A DNA stretch of 64,000 bases from assembly GCA_040954595.2 (NCBI GenBank), contig CM082592.2, positions 1,922,001 through 1,986,000 of the forward strand, given 5' to 3'. Origin of the DNA: Balanoglossus misakiensis. Its lineage: Eukaryota; Animalia; Hemichordata. The notes beneath the pieces are model-generated. The model ran no database searches, was not told where the DNA came from, and saw nothing but the letters and a program-made list of their open reading frames with translations. A program made the position numbers and the translations under genes. This document shows, piece after piece, positions 63,128 to 64,000 of this stretch. Positions within the stretch are counted from its first letter, which is position 1. Each line of letters starts with the position of its first letter.

Positions 63128-63247
63128 AAGCCTACAGCACGTAGTATTCCCAGACGGTCTCCCGTCCAAGTACTAACTATGCCCAACGCAGGTTTGCTTC
63201 GGTGATCAGACGAGAACCGGCTTATTCTACGTGGTATGGCCGTAGGC
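63128..63247 (-). rRNA. 5S rRNA (variant type), copy 4
   Basis: Same sequence as copy 2. Confidence 0.9.
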
Positions 63248-63307
63248 GAAGGATTGTTGAAATTCTCCTGCTATGAACCCGAATGCTACACCATTGAACA
63301 CGTATCC

Positions 63308-64000
63308 CTACTTGGCCAATTTTAGTGGGTAACCGATCGACCTTTCATAGCTTATAAGGCAAGTGGGATGAAAAAAAATGTGGTTTGTTTTGTTCTGCAA
63401 AAAAAGAGGTATACCAAATAATATCATTAGAATTCTATCTGTTGTGTTAAACTTATTTACATTACAGGCACTGTAAATATACCCGAAAACAAGTTGCCAC
63501 AAGGATTGAATTGTCTGGCAGCACACAAGCAAATGATACACGTCTTCGGGGGGAAATGTGCAGAAGTCACAAGTAGGACTAAGGATTTTGCCTGCTTTGT
63601 AAAGACGAAGGTTACAAAAAACTGCGTTGTGACAAATGAGATAATCCAGATCACCTAGGTAGTTATCCTTGAAATTTGTGTAAACCTTACTAAAATCAAA
63701 GTTTGGCAGGTGGAAAAGCCAATACTGAACACCCGTGGGCACTGTTTTTCTCAGATGTCGAGCAATTGTAGTAATGTGTCTAACTTTAAGAGAATGGAAA
63801 GGAACACGTTGATTATGAGCATTAACAATAAAGAGAGACGGGTTTTTGTCCACTTTGTTATAATTTTTGTAATTACTCTGCAGAATATCATGCCACTTTT
63901 GAGGAATTGAATTGAGGATAATATGGTACTGCTTCTCAACAGTATTGCTTGTGGGAGTGTAGGGATGGGCCAATGAAACCATGTCACGAATTGCATCAAC
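63308..64000 (-). CDS. LINE-fragment ORF, unit 4 (partial; 5' part outside the window)
   Basis: Translation matches the C-terminal 224 aa of unit 1. Confidence 0.7.
   Translation of the reverse strand, partial: VDAIRDMVSLAHPYTPTSNTVEKQYHIILNSIPQKWHDILQSNYKNYNKVDKNPSLFIVNAHNQRVPFHSLKVRHITTIARHLRKTVPTGVQYWLFHLPNFDFSKVYTNFKDNYLGDLDYLICHNAVFCNLRLYKAGKILSPTCDFCTFPPEDVYHLLVCCQTIQSLWQLVFGYIYSACNVNKFNTTDRILMILFGIPLFLQNKTNHIFFHPTCLISYERSIGYPLKLAK

Larger units (their letters stand above)
58901..64000 (-). repeat. 5S rDNA tandem array, 1333/1334-bp unit, running off the window end
   Basis: 5S copies at 59128, 60461, 61794 and 63128; units nearly identical; partial, more diverged, insertion-free spacer at 58901-59127. 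Confidence 0.97.

Noticed and set aside
59308-64000. Active autonomous 5S-specific LINE (Mutsu-like)
   Set aside because: No endonuclease or RT domain is present and the 5S genes are not interrupted. Only a parent relationship is possible.

Overview
Eukaryotic, intron-containing, repeat-rich animal DNA. The repeat and gene content suggests a marine invertebrate, but the taxon cannot be fixed from the sequence alone. Host genes: an intronless class A GPCR pseudogene (- strand; frameshift plus stop) sits head-to-head with an ~18-exon nephrin/Kirrel-like receptor (+ strand; signal peptide, 10 Ig exons, TM exon, cytoplasmic micro-exons) that has a TAG in its last Ig exon. The 3' end of that gene lies in a ~6.5 kb tandem duplication, and a defective Crypton tyrosine-recombinase (YR) transposon sits exactly between the two copies. 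Many non-autonomous DNA transposons are present, several with verifiable TSDs (Harbinger-, Kolobok-, Tc1/pogo-, IS3EU- and Helentron-like). There are also three Crypton-type hairpins that share a symmetric CGAG/CGAG mismatch, and an internally deleted Ngaro/PAT-like retroelement with split direct repeats and a loxP-like 13-6-13 junction. From 58.9 kb to the window end is a homogenised 1333-bp tandem array of a divergent but properly folding 5S rRNA gene. Its spacers carry a 920-bp internal L1/Tx1 ORF2 fragment, flanked by ~30-bp direct repeats and read as an open 355-aa ORF. The uninserted spacer survives at the array edge.
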